From Thermodesulfobacteriota bacterium (GTDB lineage: Bacteria > Desulfobacterota_D > UBA1144 > Nemesobacterales > Mycalebacteriaceae): a stretch of 64,000 nucleotides of DNA. The stretch spans positions 448,001 through 512,000 of the forward strand of contig OZ242184.1 of assembly GCA_965205855.1 (NCBI GenBank). Direction: 5' to 3'. A model generated the notes under the pieces. The model ran no database searches and was not told the DNA's origin. It saw only the letters and a program-made list of their open reading frames with translations. This document shows positions 20,801-35,800 of the stretch, piece after piece (the first letter of the stretch is position 1; each line of letters begins with the position of its first letter). The translations under genes and the position numbers were made by a program.

Positions 20801-23800
20801 CGGCACCCTGACCCTCGACGGCACTGCGGTGACCGCGGGGGATGTGATCCCCGCCGCCGGGATCGCGAACCTTGTCTATACCCCGGCCACCAATGCCACC
20901 GGCGATGTCACCTTCACCTTCAGCCTCTCCGACGGCACCGCCTTTGGCGCAACCGCCACGGCCACCGTCAGCATCGGCGCGGTGAATGACGCGCCGACCC
21001 TCAGCGGCACGCCCGCCACCAGCGTGGCCGAAGACAGCGCCTATAGCTTCACGCCAAGCGGCGAAGACGCTGATGGCGATACGCTGGAATATGCCATCAC
21101 AAACATGCCGTCATGGGCCAGCTTCAGCACCACAACCGGGGCCTTGACCGGCACCCCCACCAACGCCGATGTCGGCGACCACGCGGACATCGTGATCAGC
21201 GTCACCGATGGCATCATCGCCACACCGGTTGAGCTGGCGGCCTTTGACATCGCCGTCACCAACACCAATGACGCGCCCACCATCAGCGGCACGCCCACCA
21301 CCAGCGTGGCCGAAGACAGCGCCTATAGCTTCACGCCAAGCGGTGCCGACGATGATGGCGACACGCTGACCTTTGCCATCACAAACATGCCGTCATGGGC
21401 CAGCTTCAGCACCGCAACCGGGGCCTTGACCGGCACGCCCGTCAACGCCGATGTCGGCGACTACGAGGACATCGTGATCAGCGTCACCGATGGCATCATC
21501 GCCACACCGGTAGCGCTGCCTGCCTTTGCTATCGCCGTCACCAACACCAATGACGCGCCCACCCTCAGCGGAACGCCCGCCACCAGCGTGGCCGAAGACA
21601 GCGCCTATAGCTTCACGCCAAGCGGCGAAGATGTGGATGTTGGCGACAGGCTGACCTTTGCCATCACAAACCTGCCGTCATGGGCCAGTTTCGACACCGC
21701 AACCGGGGCCTTGACCGGCACGCCCGTCAACGCCGATGTCGGCGACTACGAGGACATCGTGATCAGCGTCACCGATGGCATCATCGCCACGCCGGTCGCG
21801 CTCCCCGCCTTCGATATCGCCGTCACCAACACCAATGACGCGCCCACCCTCAGCGGCACGCCCGCCACCAGCGTGGCCGAAGACAGCGCCTATAGTTTCA
21901 CGCCAAGCGGCGAAGACGATGATGGCGACAGGCTGACCTTTGCCATCACAAACCTGCCGTCATGGGCCAGTTTCAGCACCACAACCGGGGCCTTGACCGG
22001 CACGCCCGTCAACGCCGATGTCGGCGACTACGAGGACATCGTGATCAGCGTCACCGATGGCATCATCGCCACGCCGGTCGCGCTCCCCGCCTTCGATATC
22101 GCCGTCACCAACACCAATGACGCGCCGACCCTCAGCGGCACGCCCGCCACCAGCGTGGCCGAAGACAGCGCCTATAGCTTCACGCCAACCGGCGAAGACG
22201 ATGATGGCGACAGGCTGACCTTTGCCATCACAAACCTGCCGTCATGGGCCAGTTTCAGCACCACAACCGGGGCCTTGACCGGCACGCCCGCCAACGCCGA
22301 TGTCGGCGACTACGCGGACATCGTGATCAGCGTCACCGATGGCATCATCGCCACACCGGTCGCGTTGCCTGCCTTTGCTATCGAGGTCACCAACACCAAT
22401 GACGCGCCGACCCTCAGCGGCACGCCCGCCACAACCGTGGCCGAAGACAGCGCCTATAGCTTCACGCCAAGCGGCGAAGACGATGATGGCGACCCGCTGA
22501 CCTGGGCGATCACAAACATACCTTCATGGGCCACTTTCGACGAAACCAGCGGAGTCTTGACCGGCACCCCCGCCAACGCCGATGTCGGCAACCACGAGGA
22601 CATCGTGATCAGCGTCACCGATGGCATCATCGCCACACCGGTCGCGTTGCCTGCCTTTGCTATCGAGGTCACCAACACCAATGACGCGCCGACCCTCAGC
22701 GGCACGCCCGCCACAACCGTGGCCGAAGACAGCGCCTATAGCTTCACGCCAAGCGGCGAAGACGCAGATGGCGACCCGCTGACCTTTGCCATCACAAACA
22801 TGCCTTCATGGGCCAGTTTCAGCACCACAACCGGGGCCTTGACCGGCACGCCCGTCAACGATGATGTCGGCGAGTACGCGGGCATCGTGATCAGCGTGAG
22901 CGATGGCATCATCACCACACCAGTTGAGCTGCCGGCCTTTGCTATCGCCGTCACCAACACCAATGACCCGCCGACCCTCAGCGGCACGCCCGCCACCAGC
23001 GTGGCCGAAGACAGCGCCTATAGCTTCACGCCAACCGGCGCCGACGATGATGGCGACACGCTGACATATACGATCACAAACCTGCCGGCATGGGCCGCCT
23101 TCAGCACCACGACCGGCGCCTTGACCGGCACGCCCGCCAACGCCGATGTCGGCGACTACGAGGGCATCGTGATCAGCGTCACCGATGGCATCATCGCCAC
23201 ACCGGTCGGCCTCGCAGCCTTCGATATCGCCGTCACCAACACCAATGACGCCCCCACCATCAGCGGCACGCCCGCCACCAGCGTGGCCGAAGACAGCGCC
23301 TATAGCTTCACGCCAAGCGGCGCCGACGCTGATGGCGACCCGCTGACCTTTGCCATCACAAACATACCTTCATGGGCCAGTTTCGATACCACAACCGGGG
23401 CCTTGACCGGCACGCCCGCCAACGCCGATGTCGGCGACTACGAGGACATCGTGATTAGCGTCACCGATGGCATCATCGCCACGCCGGTAGCGCTGCCGGC
23501 CTTTGCTATCGCCGTCACCAACACCAATGACGCGCCGACCCTCAGCGGCACGCCCGCCACCAGCGTGGCCGAAGACAGCGCCTATAGCTTCACGCCAACC
23601 GGCGAAGACGATGATGGCGACACGCTGACCTGGGCGATCAGCAACAAGCCAGACTGGGCGAATTTCAACACCACGACCGGGGCCTTGACCGGCACGCCCG
23701 TCAACGCCGATGTCGGCACCACCACGGACATCGTGATCAGCGTCACCGATGGCATCATCACCACACCGGTCGCGCTGCCCGCCTTCGATATCGCCGTCAC

Positions 23801-26800
23801 CAACACCAATGACGCCCCCACCATCAGCGGCACGCCCGCCACCAGCGTGGCCGAAGACAGCGCCTATAATTTCACGCCAAGCGGCGAAGACGCTGATGGC
23901 GACCCGCTGACCTGGGCGATCAGCAACATACCGTCATGGGCCAGCTTCGACATCGCAACCGGCGCCTTGACCGGCACGCCCACCAACGAGCATGTCGGTG
24001 ACTACGAGGACATCGTGATCAGCGTCACCGATGGCATCATCGCCACGCCAGTTGAGCTGCCGGTCTTTGCTATCGAAGTCACCAACACCAATGACGCGCC
24101 CACCCTCAGCGGCACGCCCGCCACCAGCGTGGCCGAAGACAGCGCCTATAGCTTCACGCCAAGCGGCGAAGACGCGGATGGCGACACGCTGACCTGGGCG
24201 ATCAGCAACAAGCCAGACTGGGCGAATTTCAACACCACGACCGGGGCCTTGACCGGCACGCCCGTCAACGCCGATGTCGGCACCACCACGGACATCGTGA
24301 TCAGCGTCACCGATGGCATCATCACCACACCGGTCGCGCTGCCCGCCTTCGATATCGCCGTCACCAACATCAATGACGCGCCCACCCTCAGCGGCACGCC
24401 CGCCACAAGCGTGGCCGAAGACAGTGCCTATAGCTTCACGCCAACCGGTGCCGACGATGATGGCGACACGCTGGAATATGCGATCACAAACATGCCGTCA
24501 TGGGCCACCTTCAGCACCACGACCGGAGCCTTGACCGGCACCCCCGCCAACGCCGATGTCGGCGACTACGCGGGCATCGTGATCAGCGTCACCGATGGCA
24601 TCATCGCCACACCGGTTGAGCTGGCGGCCTTCGATATCGCCGTCACCAACACCAATGACGCGCCCATCATCAGCGGCACGCCCGCCACAAGCGTGGCCGA
24701 AGACAGCGCCTATAGCTTCACGCCAACCGGCGAAGACGATGATGGCGACCCGCTGACCTGGGCGATCAGCAACCAACCACCATGGGCCGCCTTCAGCATC
24801 ACGACCGGGGCCTTGACCGGCACGCCAGACAACGATGATGTCGGCGACTACGAGGACATCGTGATCAGCGTCACCGATGGCATCGCCACACCGGTCGCGC
24901 TGCCCGCCTTCGATATCGCGGTCACCAACACCAATGACGCGCCTACCCTCAGCGGCACGCCCGCCACCAGCGTGGCCGAAGACAGTGCCTATAGCTTCAC
25001 GCCAAGCGGCGCCGACGACGATGACGACACGCTGGAATATGCCATCACAAACATGCCTTCATGGGCCACTTTCGACACCACAACCGGGGCCTTGACCGGC
25101 ACGCCCGCCAACGCCGATGTTGGCAACCACGAGGACATCGTGATCAGCGTCACCGATGGCATCATCGCCACACCGGTCGCGTTGCCCGCCTTCGATATCG
25201 AAGTCACCAACACCAATGACGCGCCCACCCTCAGCGGCACGCCCGCCACCAGCGTGGCCGAAGACAGCGCCTATAGCTTCACGCCAACCGGCGAAGACGA
25301 TGATGGCGACAGGCTGACCTTTGCCATCACAAACCTGCCGTCATGGGCCAGTTTCAGCACCACAACCGGGGCCTTGACCGGCACCCCCGCCAACGCCGAT
25401 GTTGGCAACCACGAGGACATCGTGATCAGCGTCACCGATGGCATCATCGCCACACCGGTCGCGTTGCCCGCCTTCGATATCGAAGTCACCAACACCAATG
25501 ACGCGCCCACCCTCAGCGGCACGCCCGCCACCAGCGTGGCCGAAGACAGCGCCTATAGCTTCACGCCAACCGGCGAAGACGATGATGGCGACAGGCTGAC
25601 CTTTGCCATCACAAACCTGCCGTCATGGGCCAGTTTCAGCACCGCAACCGGGGCCTTGACCGGCACCCCCGCCAACGCCGATGTTGGCAACCACGAGGAC
25701 ATCGTGATCAGCGTCACCGATGGCATCATCGCCACACCGGTCGCGCTGCCCGCCTTCGATATCGCCGTCACCAACACCAATGATGCGCCCACCATCAGCG
25801 GCACGCCCGACACCAGCGTGGCCGAAGACAGCGCCTATAGTTTCACGCCAACCGGCGCCGACGATGATGGCGACACGCTGACCTTTGCCATCACAAACCT
25901 GCCGTCATGGGCCAGTTTCAGCACCACGACCGGGGCCTTGACCGGCACCCCCGCCAACGCCGATGTCGGCAACTACGAGGGCATCGTGATCAGCGTCACC
26001 GATGGCATCATCACCACGCCAGTAGCGCTCCCCGCCTTCGATATCGCCGTCACCAACACCAATGACGCGCCGACCATCAGCGGCACGCCCGCCACCAGCG
26101 TGGCCGAAGACAGCGCCTATAGCTTCACGCCAACCGGCGAAGACGATGATGGCGACAGGCTGACCTTTGCCATCACAAACCTGCCGTCATGGGCCAGTTT
26201 CAGCACCACAACCGGGGCCTTGACCGGCACGCCCGTCAACGCCGATGTCGGCGACTACGAGGACATCGTGATCAGCGTTACCGATGGCATCATCGCCACA
26301 CCGGTCGCGCTCGCAGCCTTCGATATCGCCGTCACCAACACCAATGACGCGCCCACCCTCAGCGGCACACCCGCCACCAGCGTGGCCGAAGACAGCGCCT
26401 ATAGCTTCACGCCAAGCGGCGAAGACGATGATGGCGACAGGCTGACCTTTGCCATTACAAACCTGCCGTCATGGGCGAATTTCAGCACCACAACCGGGGC
26501 CTTGACCGGCACGCCCGCCAACGCCGATGTCGGCGACTACGAGGGCATCGTGATCAGCGTCACCGATGGCATCATCACCACACCGGTCGCGCTCGCCGCC
26601 TTTGCTATCGCCGTCACCAACACCAATGACGCGCCCACCCTCAGCGGCACGCCCGCCACCAGCGTGGCCGAAGACAGCGCCTATAGCTTCACGCCAAGCG
26701 GCGAAGACGATGATGGCGACAGGCTGACCTTTGCCATTACAAACCTGCCGTCATGGGCGAATTTCAGCACCACAACCGGGGCCTTGACCGGCACGCCCGC

Positions 26801-29800
26801 CAACGCCGATGTCGGCGACTACGAGGGCATCGTGATCAGCGTCACCGATGGCATCATCACCACACCGGTCGCGCTCGCCGCCTTTGCTATCGCCGTCACC
26901 AACACCAATGACGCGCCCACCCTCAGCGGCACGCCCGCCACCAGCGTGGCCGAAGACAGCGCCTATAGTTTCACGCCAACCGGCGCCGACGATGATGGCG
27001 ACACGCTGGTATATGCGATCACAAACATGCCGTCATGGGCCAGTTTCAGCACCACGACCGGGGCCTTGACCGGCACCCCCGCCAACGCCGATGTCGGCAC
27101 CACCACGGACATTGTGATCACCGTCAGGGACAGAGACACCGGCGGTCTGAGCGCCTCGCTACCCGCCTTTAGTATCGAAGTCACCAACACCAATGACGCG
27201 CCCACCCTCAGCGGCACGCCCGCCACCAGCGTGGCCGAAGACAGCGCCTATAGCTTCACGCCAAGCGGCGAAGATGTGGATGTTGGCAACACGCTGACCT
27301 TTGCCATCACAAACCTGCCGTCATGGGCCAGTTTCGACACCGCAACCGGGGCCTTGACCGGCACGCCCGTCAACGCCGATGTCGGCGACTACGAGGACAT
27401 CGTGATCAGCGTCACCGATGGCATCATCGCCACGCCGGTCGCGCTCCCCGCCTTCGATATCGCCGTCACCAACACCAATGACGCGCCCACCCTCAGCGGC
27501 ACGCCCGCCACCAGCGTGGCCGAAGACAGCGCCTATAGTTTCACGCCAAGCGGCGAAGACGATGATGGCGACAGGCTGACCTTTGCCATCACAAACCTGC
27601 CGTCATGGGCCAGTTTCAGCACCACAACCGGGGCCTTGACCGGCACGCCCGCCAACGAGCATGTCGGCGACTACGAGGACATCGTGATCAGCGTCACCGA
27701 TGGCATCATCGCCACGCCGGTCGCGCTCCCCGCCTTCGATATCGCCGTCACCAACACCAATGACGCGCCGACCCTCAGCGGCACGCCCGCCACCAGCGTG
27801 GCCGAAGACAGTGCCTATAGCTTCACGCCAAGCGGCGCCGACGACGATGACGACACGCTGGAATATGCCATCACAAACATGCCGTCATGGGCCAGTTTCA
27901 GCACCACAACCGGGGCCTTGACCGGCACGCCCGTCAACGCCGATGTCGGCGACTACGCGGACATCGTGATCAGCGTCACCGATGGCATCATCGCCACACC
28001 GGTCGCGTTGCCTGCCTTTGCTATCGAGGTCACCAACACCAATGACGCGCCGACCCTCAGCGGCACGCCCGCCACAACCGTGGCCGAAGACAGCGCCTAT
28101 AGCTTCACGCCAAGCGGCGAAGACGATGATGGCGACCCGCTGACCTGGGCGATCACAAACATACCTTCATGGGCCACTTTCGACGAAACCAGCGGAGTCT
28201 TGACCGGCACCCCCGCCAACGCCGATGTCGGCAACCACGAGGACATCGTGATCAGCGTCACCGATGGCATCATCGCCACACCGGTCGCGTTGCCTGCCTT
28301 TGCTATCGAGGTCACCAACACCAATGACGCGCCGACCCTCAGCGGCACGCCCGCCACAACCGTGGCCGAAGACAGCGCCTATAGCTTCACGCCAAGCGGC
28401 GAAGACGCAGATGGCGACCCGCTGACCTTTGCCATCACAAACATGCCTTCATGGGCCAGTTTCAGCACCACAACCGGGGCCTTGACCGGCACCCCCGCCA
28501 ACGCCGATGTCGGCAACCACGAGGACATCGTGATCAGCGTCACCGATGGCATCATCGCCACACCAGTTGAGCTGCCGGCCTTTGCTATCGCCGTCACCAA
28601 CACCAATGACGCGCCCACCCTCAGCGGCACGCCCGCCACAACCGTGGCCGAAGACAGCGCCTATAGCTTCACGCCAAGCGGCGAAGACGCAGATGGCGAC
28701 CCGCTGACCTTTGCGATCACAAACATGCCTTCATGGGCCAGTTTCAGCACCACAACCGGGGCCTTGACCGGCACGCCCGTCAACGCCGATGTCGGTGACT
28801 ACGAGGACATCGTGATCAGCGTCACCGATGGCATCATCGCCACACCGGTCGCCCTCCCGGCCTTCGATATCGCCGTCACCAACACCAATGACGCGCCCAC
28901 CCTCAGCGGCACGCCCGCCACAAGCGTGGCCGAAGACAGCGCCTATAGCTTCACGCCAAGCGGTGCCGACGATGATGGCGACACGCTGACCTTTGCCATC
29001 ACAAACATGCCACCATGGGCCAGTTTCGACACCACGACCGGCGCCTTGACCGGCACGCCTGCCAACGAGCATGTCGGTGACTACGAGGGCATCGTGATCA
29101 GCGTCACCGATGGCATCATCGCCACACCGGTCGCCCTCGCATCCTTCGATATCGCCGTCACCAACACCAATGACGCGCCCACCATCAGCGGCACGCCTGC
29201 CACAACCGTGGCCGAAGACAGCGCCTATAGCTTCACGCCAAGCGGTGCCGACGATGATGGCGACACGCTGACCTTTGCCATCACAAACATGCCACCATGG
29301 GCCAGTTTCGACACCACGACCGGCGCCTTGACCGGCACGCCTGCCAACGAGCATGTCGGTGACTACGAGGGCATCGTGATCAGCGTCACCGATGGCATCA
29401 TCGCCACACCGGTCGCCCTCGCATCCTTCGATATCGCCGTCACCAACACCAATGACGCGCCCACCCTCAGCGGCACGCCCGCCACCAGCGTGGCCGAAGA
29501 CAGTGCCTATAGCTTCACGCCAAGCGCTGAAGATGCAGATGGCGACCCGCTGACCTTTGCCATCACAAACATGCCACCATGGGCCAGTTTCGACACCACA
29601 ACCGGGGCCTTGACCGGCACTCCCGCCAACGAGCATGTCGGCGACTACGAGAACATCGTGATCAACGTCACCGATGGCATCATCGCCACACCGGTCGCGC
29701 TGCCCGCCTTCGATATCGCCGTCACCAACACCAATGACGCGCCCACCATCAGCGGCACGCCCGCCACCAGCGTGGCCGAAGACAGCGCCTATAGCTTCAC

Positions 29801-32800
29801 GCCAAGCGGCGAAGACGCAGATGGCGACCCGCTGACCTTTGCCATCACAAACATGCCTTCATGGGCCAGTTTCAGCACCACAACCGGGGCCTTGACCGGC
29901 ACGCCCGTCAACGATGATGTCGGCGAGTACGCGGGCATCGTGATCAGCGTGAGCGATGGCATCATCACCACACCAGTTGAGCTGCCCGCCTTTGCTATCG
30001 CCGTCACCAACACCAATGACCCGCCGACCCTCAGCGGCACGCCCGCCACCAGCGTGGCCGAAGACAGCGCCTATAGCTTCACGCCAACCGGCGCCGACGA
30101 TGATGGCGACACGCTGACATATACGATCACAAACCTGCCGGCATGGGCCGCCTTCAGCACCACGACCGGCGCCTTGACCGGCACGCCCGCCAACGCCGAT
30201 GTCGGCGACTACGAGGGCATCGTGATCAGCGTCACCGATGGCATCATCGCCACACCGGTCGGCCTCGCAGCCTTCGATATCGCCGTCACCAACACCAATG
30301 ACGCGCCCACCCTCAGCGGCACGCCCGCCACCAGCGTGGCCGAAGACAGCGCCTACAGTTTCACGCCAAGCGGCGAAGACGCTGATGGCGACCCGCTGAC
30401 CTTTGCGATCACAAACATGCCTTCATGGGCCAGTTTCAGCACCACAACCGGGGCCTTGACCGGCACGCCAGACAACGAGCATGTCGGCGACTACGATGGC
30501 ATCGTGATCAGCGTCACCGATGGCATCATCGCCACACCGGTCGCCCTCCCGGCCTTCGATATCGCCGTCACCAACACCAATGACGCGCCCACCCTCAGCG
30601 GCACGCCCGCCACAAGCGTGGCCGAAGACAGCGCCTATAGCTTCACGCCAAGCGGTGCCGACGATGATGGCGACACGCTGACCTTTGCGATCACAAACCT
30701 GCCGTCATGGGCCAGTTTCAGCACCGCAACCGGGGCCTTGACCGGCACGCCCGTCAACGAGCATGTCGGCGACTACGCGGACATCGTGATCAGCGTCACC
30801 GATGGCATCATCGCCACACCGGTCGCGCTGCCGGCCTTTGACATCGCCGTCACCAACACCAATGACGCGCCCACCCTCAGCGGCACGCCTGCCACCAGCG
30901 TGGCCGAAGACAGTGCCTATAGCTTCACGCCAAGCGGTGCCGACGATGATGGCGACACGCTGACCTGGGCGATCACAAACATGCCACCATGGGCCAGTTT
31001 CGACACCACGACCGGCGCCTTGACCGGCACGCCTGCCAACGAGCATGTCGGCGACTACGAGGGCATCGTGATCAGCGTCACCGATGGCATCATCGCCACA
31101 CCGGTCGCGCTGCCCGCCTTCGATATCGCCGTCACCAACACCAATGACGCGCCCACCATCAGCGGCACGCCCGCCACCAGCGTGGCCGAAGACAGCGCCT
31201 ATAGCTTCACGCCAAGCGGCGAAGATGCAGATGGCGACCCGCTGGAATATGCCATCACAAACATGCCACCATGGGCCAGCTTCGACACCACCACCGGGGC
31301 CTTGACCGGCACGCCCGTCAACGCCGATGTCGGCGACTACGAGAACATCGTGATCAGCGTCACCGATGGCATCATCGCCACACCGGTCGCCCTCGCATCC
31401 TTCGATATCGCCGTCACCAACACCAATGACGCGCCCACCATCAGCGGCACGCCCGCCACAACCGTGGCCGAAGACAGCGCCTATAGCTTTACGCCAACCG
31501 GGGCCGACGATGATGGCGACAAGCTGACCTATGCCATCACAAACATGCCGTCATGGGCCAGTTTCAGCACCACAACCGGGGCCTTGACCGGCACGCCAGT
31601 CAACGCCGATGTCGGCGACCACGAGAACATCGTGATCAGCGTCACCGATGGCATCATCGCCACACCGGTCGCCCTCGCATCCTTCGATATCGCCGTCACC
31701 AACACCAATGACGCGCCCACCATCAGCGGCACGCCCGCCACCAGCGTGGCCGAAGACAGCGCCTATAGCTTTACGCCAACCGGGGCCGACGATGATGGCG
31801 ACAAGCTGACCTATGCCATCACAAACATGCCGTCATGGGCCAGTTTCAGCACCACAACCGGGGCCTTGACCGGCACGCCAGTCAACGCCGATGTCGGCGA
31901 CCACGAGAACATCGTGATCAGCGTCACCGATGGCATCATCGCCACACCGGTCGCCCTCGCATCCTTCGATATCGCCGTCACCAACACCAATGACGCGCCC
32001 ACCATCAGCGGCACGCCCGCCACCAGCGTGGCCGAAGACAGCGCCTATAGCTTTACGCCAACCGGGGCCGACGATGATGGCGACAAGCTGACCTATGCCA
32101 TCACAAACATGCCTTCATGGGCCAGTTTCAGCACCACAACCGGGGCCTTGACCGGCACGCCAGTCAACGCCGATGTCGGCGACCACGAGAACATCGTGAT
32201 CAGCGTCACCGATGGCATCATCGCCACACCGGTCGCCCTCGCATCCTTCGATATCGCCGTCACCAACACCAATGACGCGCCCACCATCAGCGGCACGCCC
32301 GCCACAACCGTGGCCGAAGACAGCGCCTATAGCTTTACGCCAACCGGGGCCGACGATGATGGCGACAAGCTGACCTATGCCATCACAAACATGCCTTCAT
32401 GGGCCAGTTTCAGCACCACAACCGGGGCCTTGACCGGCACGCCAGTCAACGCCGATGTCGGCGACTACGAGGACATCGTGATCAGCGTCACCGATGGCAT
32501 CATCGCCACGCCAGTAGCGCTGCCGGCCTTTGCTATCGAAGTCACCAACACCAATGACGCGCCGACGATCAGCGGCACGCCCGCCACAACCGTGGCCGAA
32601 GACAGCGCCTATAACTTCACGCCAACCGGCGAAGACGCTGATGGCGACACGCTGACCTGGGCGATCAGCAACAAGCCAGACTGGGCGAATTTCAGCACCA
32701 CGACCGGGGCATTGACCGGCACGCCAGACAACGATGATGTCGGCGACTACGCGGGCATCGTGATCAGCGTCACCGATGGCATCATCACCACGCCAGTAGC

Positions 32801-35800
32801 GCTGCCGGCCTTCGATATCGCGGTCACCAACACCAATGACCCGCCCACCCTCAGCGGCACACCCGCCACCAGCGTGGCCGAAGACAGCGCCTATAGCTTC
32901 ACGCCAACCGGCGAAGATGCAGATGGCGACAGGCTGACCTTTGCGATCACAAACATGCCTTCATGGGCCAGCTTCGACACCACAACCGGGGCCTTGACCG
33001 GCACGCCCGTCAACGCCGATGTCGGCGACTACGAGGACATCGTGATCAGCGTCACCGATGGCAGCATCGCCACGCCGGTAGCGCTACCGGCCTTTGCTAT
33101 CGCCGTCACCAACACCAATGACGCGCCCACCCTCAGCGGCACGCCCGCCACCACCGTGGCCGAAGACAGCGCCTATAGTTTCACGCCAACCGGCGAGGAT
33201 GTGGATGTTGGCGATACGCTGGTATATGCGATCACAAACCTGCCGTCATGGGCCAGTTTCAGCACCACAACCGGGGCCTTGACCGGCACGCCCGTCAACG
33301 CCGATGTCGGCGACCACGAGAACATCGTGATCAGCGTCACCGATGGCATCATCGCCACACCGGTCGCCCTCGCATCCTTCGATATCGCCGTCACCAACAC
33401 CAATGACGCGCCCACCATCAGCGGCCCGCCCGCCATCAGCGTGGCCGAAGACAGCGCCTACAGCTTCACGCCAAGCGCTGAAGATGCAGATGGCGACAGG
33501 CTGACCTTTGCCATCACAAACATGCCGCCATGGGCCGCCTTCAGCACCACGACCGGCGCCCTGACCGGCACGCCCGCCAACGAGCATGTCGGCGACCACG
33601 AGGACATCGTGATCAGCGTCACCGATGGCATCATCGCCACGCCGGTCGCGCTGCCGGCCTTTGCTATCGAGGTCACCAACACCAATGACGCGCCCACCTC
33701 GATCGGGCTGACGGTCTCGACAGAAGAGGATACCGCCCACAGCTTTGCGGCAGGCGAGTTCAACTTTGCCGATGTGGACGGCGATGCCCTGCACAGCCTG
33801 CGCATCGACACGCTGCCCGGTAGCGGCAGCCTGACCCTTGACGGCGCTGCGGTGACCGCCGGGGATGTGATCCCCGCCGCCGGGGTCGCGAACCTTGTCT
33901 ATACCCCGGCTGCGAATGCCACCGGCGATGTCAGTTTCACCTTCAGCCTTTCCGACGGCACCGCCTTTGGCGCGACCGCCACGGCAACCGTCACCATCGG
34001 CGCCGTCAATGACCCGCCGACCTCGATCGGGCTGACGGTCTCGACAGAAGAGGATACCGCCCACAGCTTTGCGGCAGGCGAGTTCAACTTTGCCGATGTG
34101 GACGGCGATGCCCTGCACAGCCTGCGCATCGACACGCTGCCCGCAACCGGCAGCCTGACCCTCGACGGCACTGCGGTGACCGCGGGAGATGTGATCGTTG
34201 CCGCTGGTATCGCGAACCTTGTCTATACCCCGGCCACCAATGCCACCGGCGATGTCACCTTCACCTTCAGCCTCAACGACGGCACCGCCTTTGGTGCAAC
34301 CGCCACGGCGACCGTCAGCATCGGCGCGGTCAATGACGCGCCCACCCTCAGCGGCACGCCCGCCACCAGCGTGGCCGAAGACAGCGCCTACAGCTTCACG
34401 CCAAGCGGCGAAGACGCGGATGGCGACAGGCTGACCTGGGCGATCAGCAACAAGCCAGACTGGGCGAATTTCAGCACCGCAACCGGCGCCTTGACCGGCA
34501 CGCCCACCAACGAGCATGTCGGCGCCCACGAGGACATCGTGATCAGCGTCACCGATGGCATCATCGCCACACCGGTCGCGCTGCCCGACTTCGATATCGC
34601 CGTCACCAACACCAATGACGCGCCCACCCTCAGCGGTACGCCCGCCACAAGCGTGGCCGAAGACAGCGCCTATAGCTTCACGCCAACCGCTGAAGATGCA
34701 GATGGCGACACGCTGACTTGGGCGATCAGCAACCAGCCAGACTGGGCGAATTTCAGCACCACAACCGGGGCCTTGACCGGCACGCCCGCCAACGCCGATG
34801 TCGGCGACTACGCGGACATCGTGATCAGCGTCACCGATGGCATCATCGCCACACCGGTAGCGCTGCCCGCCTTCGATATCGCCGTCACCAACACCAATGA
34901 CGCGCCCACCCTCAGCGGCACGCCTGCCACCAGCGTGGCCGAAGACAGCGCCTATAGCTTCACGCCAAGCGGCGAAGACGCGGATGGCGACAGGCTGACC
35001 TGGGCGATCAGCAACAAGCCAGACTGGGCGAATTTCAGCACCACAACCGGGGCCTTGACCGGCACGCCCGTCAACGCCGATGTCGGCGACCACGAGGGCA
35101 TCGTGATCAGCGTCACCGATGGCATCATCGCCACACCGGTCGCGCTGGCGGCCTTTGCTATCGCCGTCACCAACACCAATGACGCGCCCACCCTCAGCGG
35201 CACGCCCGCCACCAGCGTGGCCGAAGACAGCGCCTATAGTTTCACGCCAACCGGCGCCGACGATGATGGCGACACGCTGACCTTTGCGATCACAAACATG
35301 CCGTCATGGGCCAGTTTCAGCACCACAACCGGGGCCTTGACCGGCACCCCCGCCAACGCCGATGTCGGCGACTACGAGGGCATCGTGATCAGCGTCACCG
35401 ATGGCATCATTGCCACACCGGTCGCGCTGCCCGCCTTCGCTATCGCCGTCACCAACACCAATGATGCGCCGACGATCAGCGGCACACCCGCCACAAGCGT
35501 GGCCGAAGACAGCGCCTATAGTTTCACGCCAAGCGGCGAAGACGCGGATGGCGACAGGCTGACCTGGGCGATCAGCAATAAGCCAGACTGGGCGAATTTC
35601 AGCACCACAACCGGGGCCCTGACCGGCACGCCCGCCAACGCCGATGTCGGCAACCACGAGGGCATCGTGATCAGCGTCACCGATGGCATCATCACCACAC
35701 CGGTCGCGCTGCCCGCCTTCGATATCGCCGTCACCAACACCAATGACGCGCCGACGATCAGCGGCACGCCCGCCACAAGCGTGGCCGAAGACAGCGCCTA

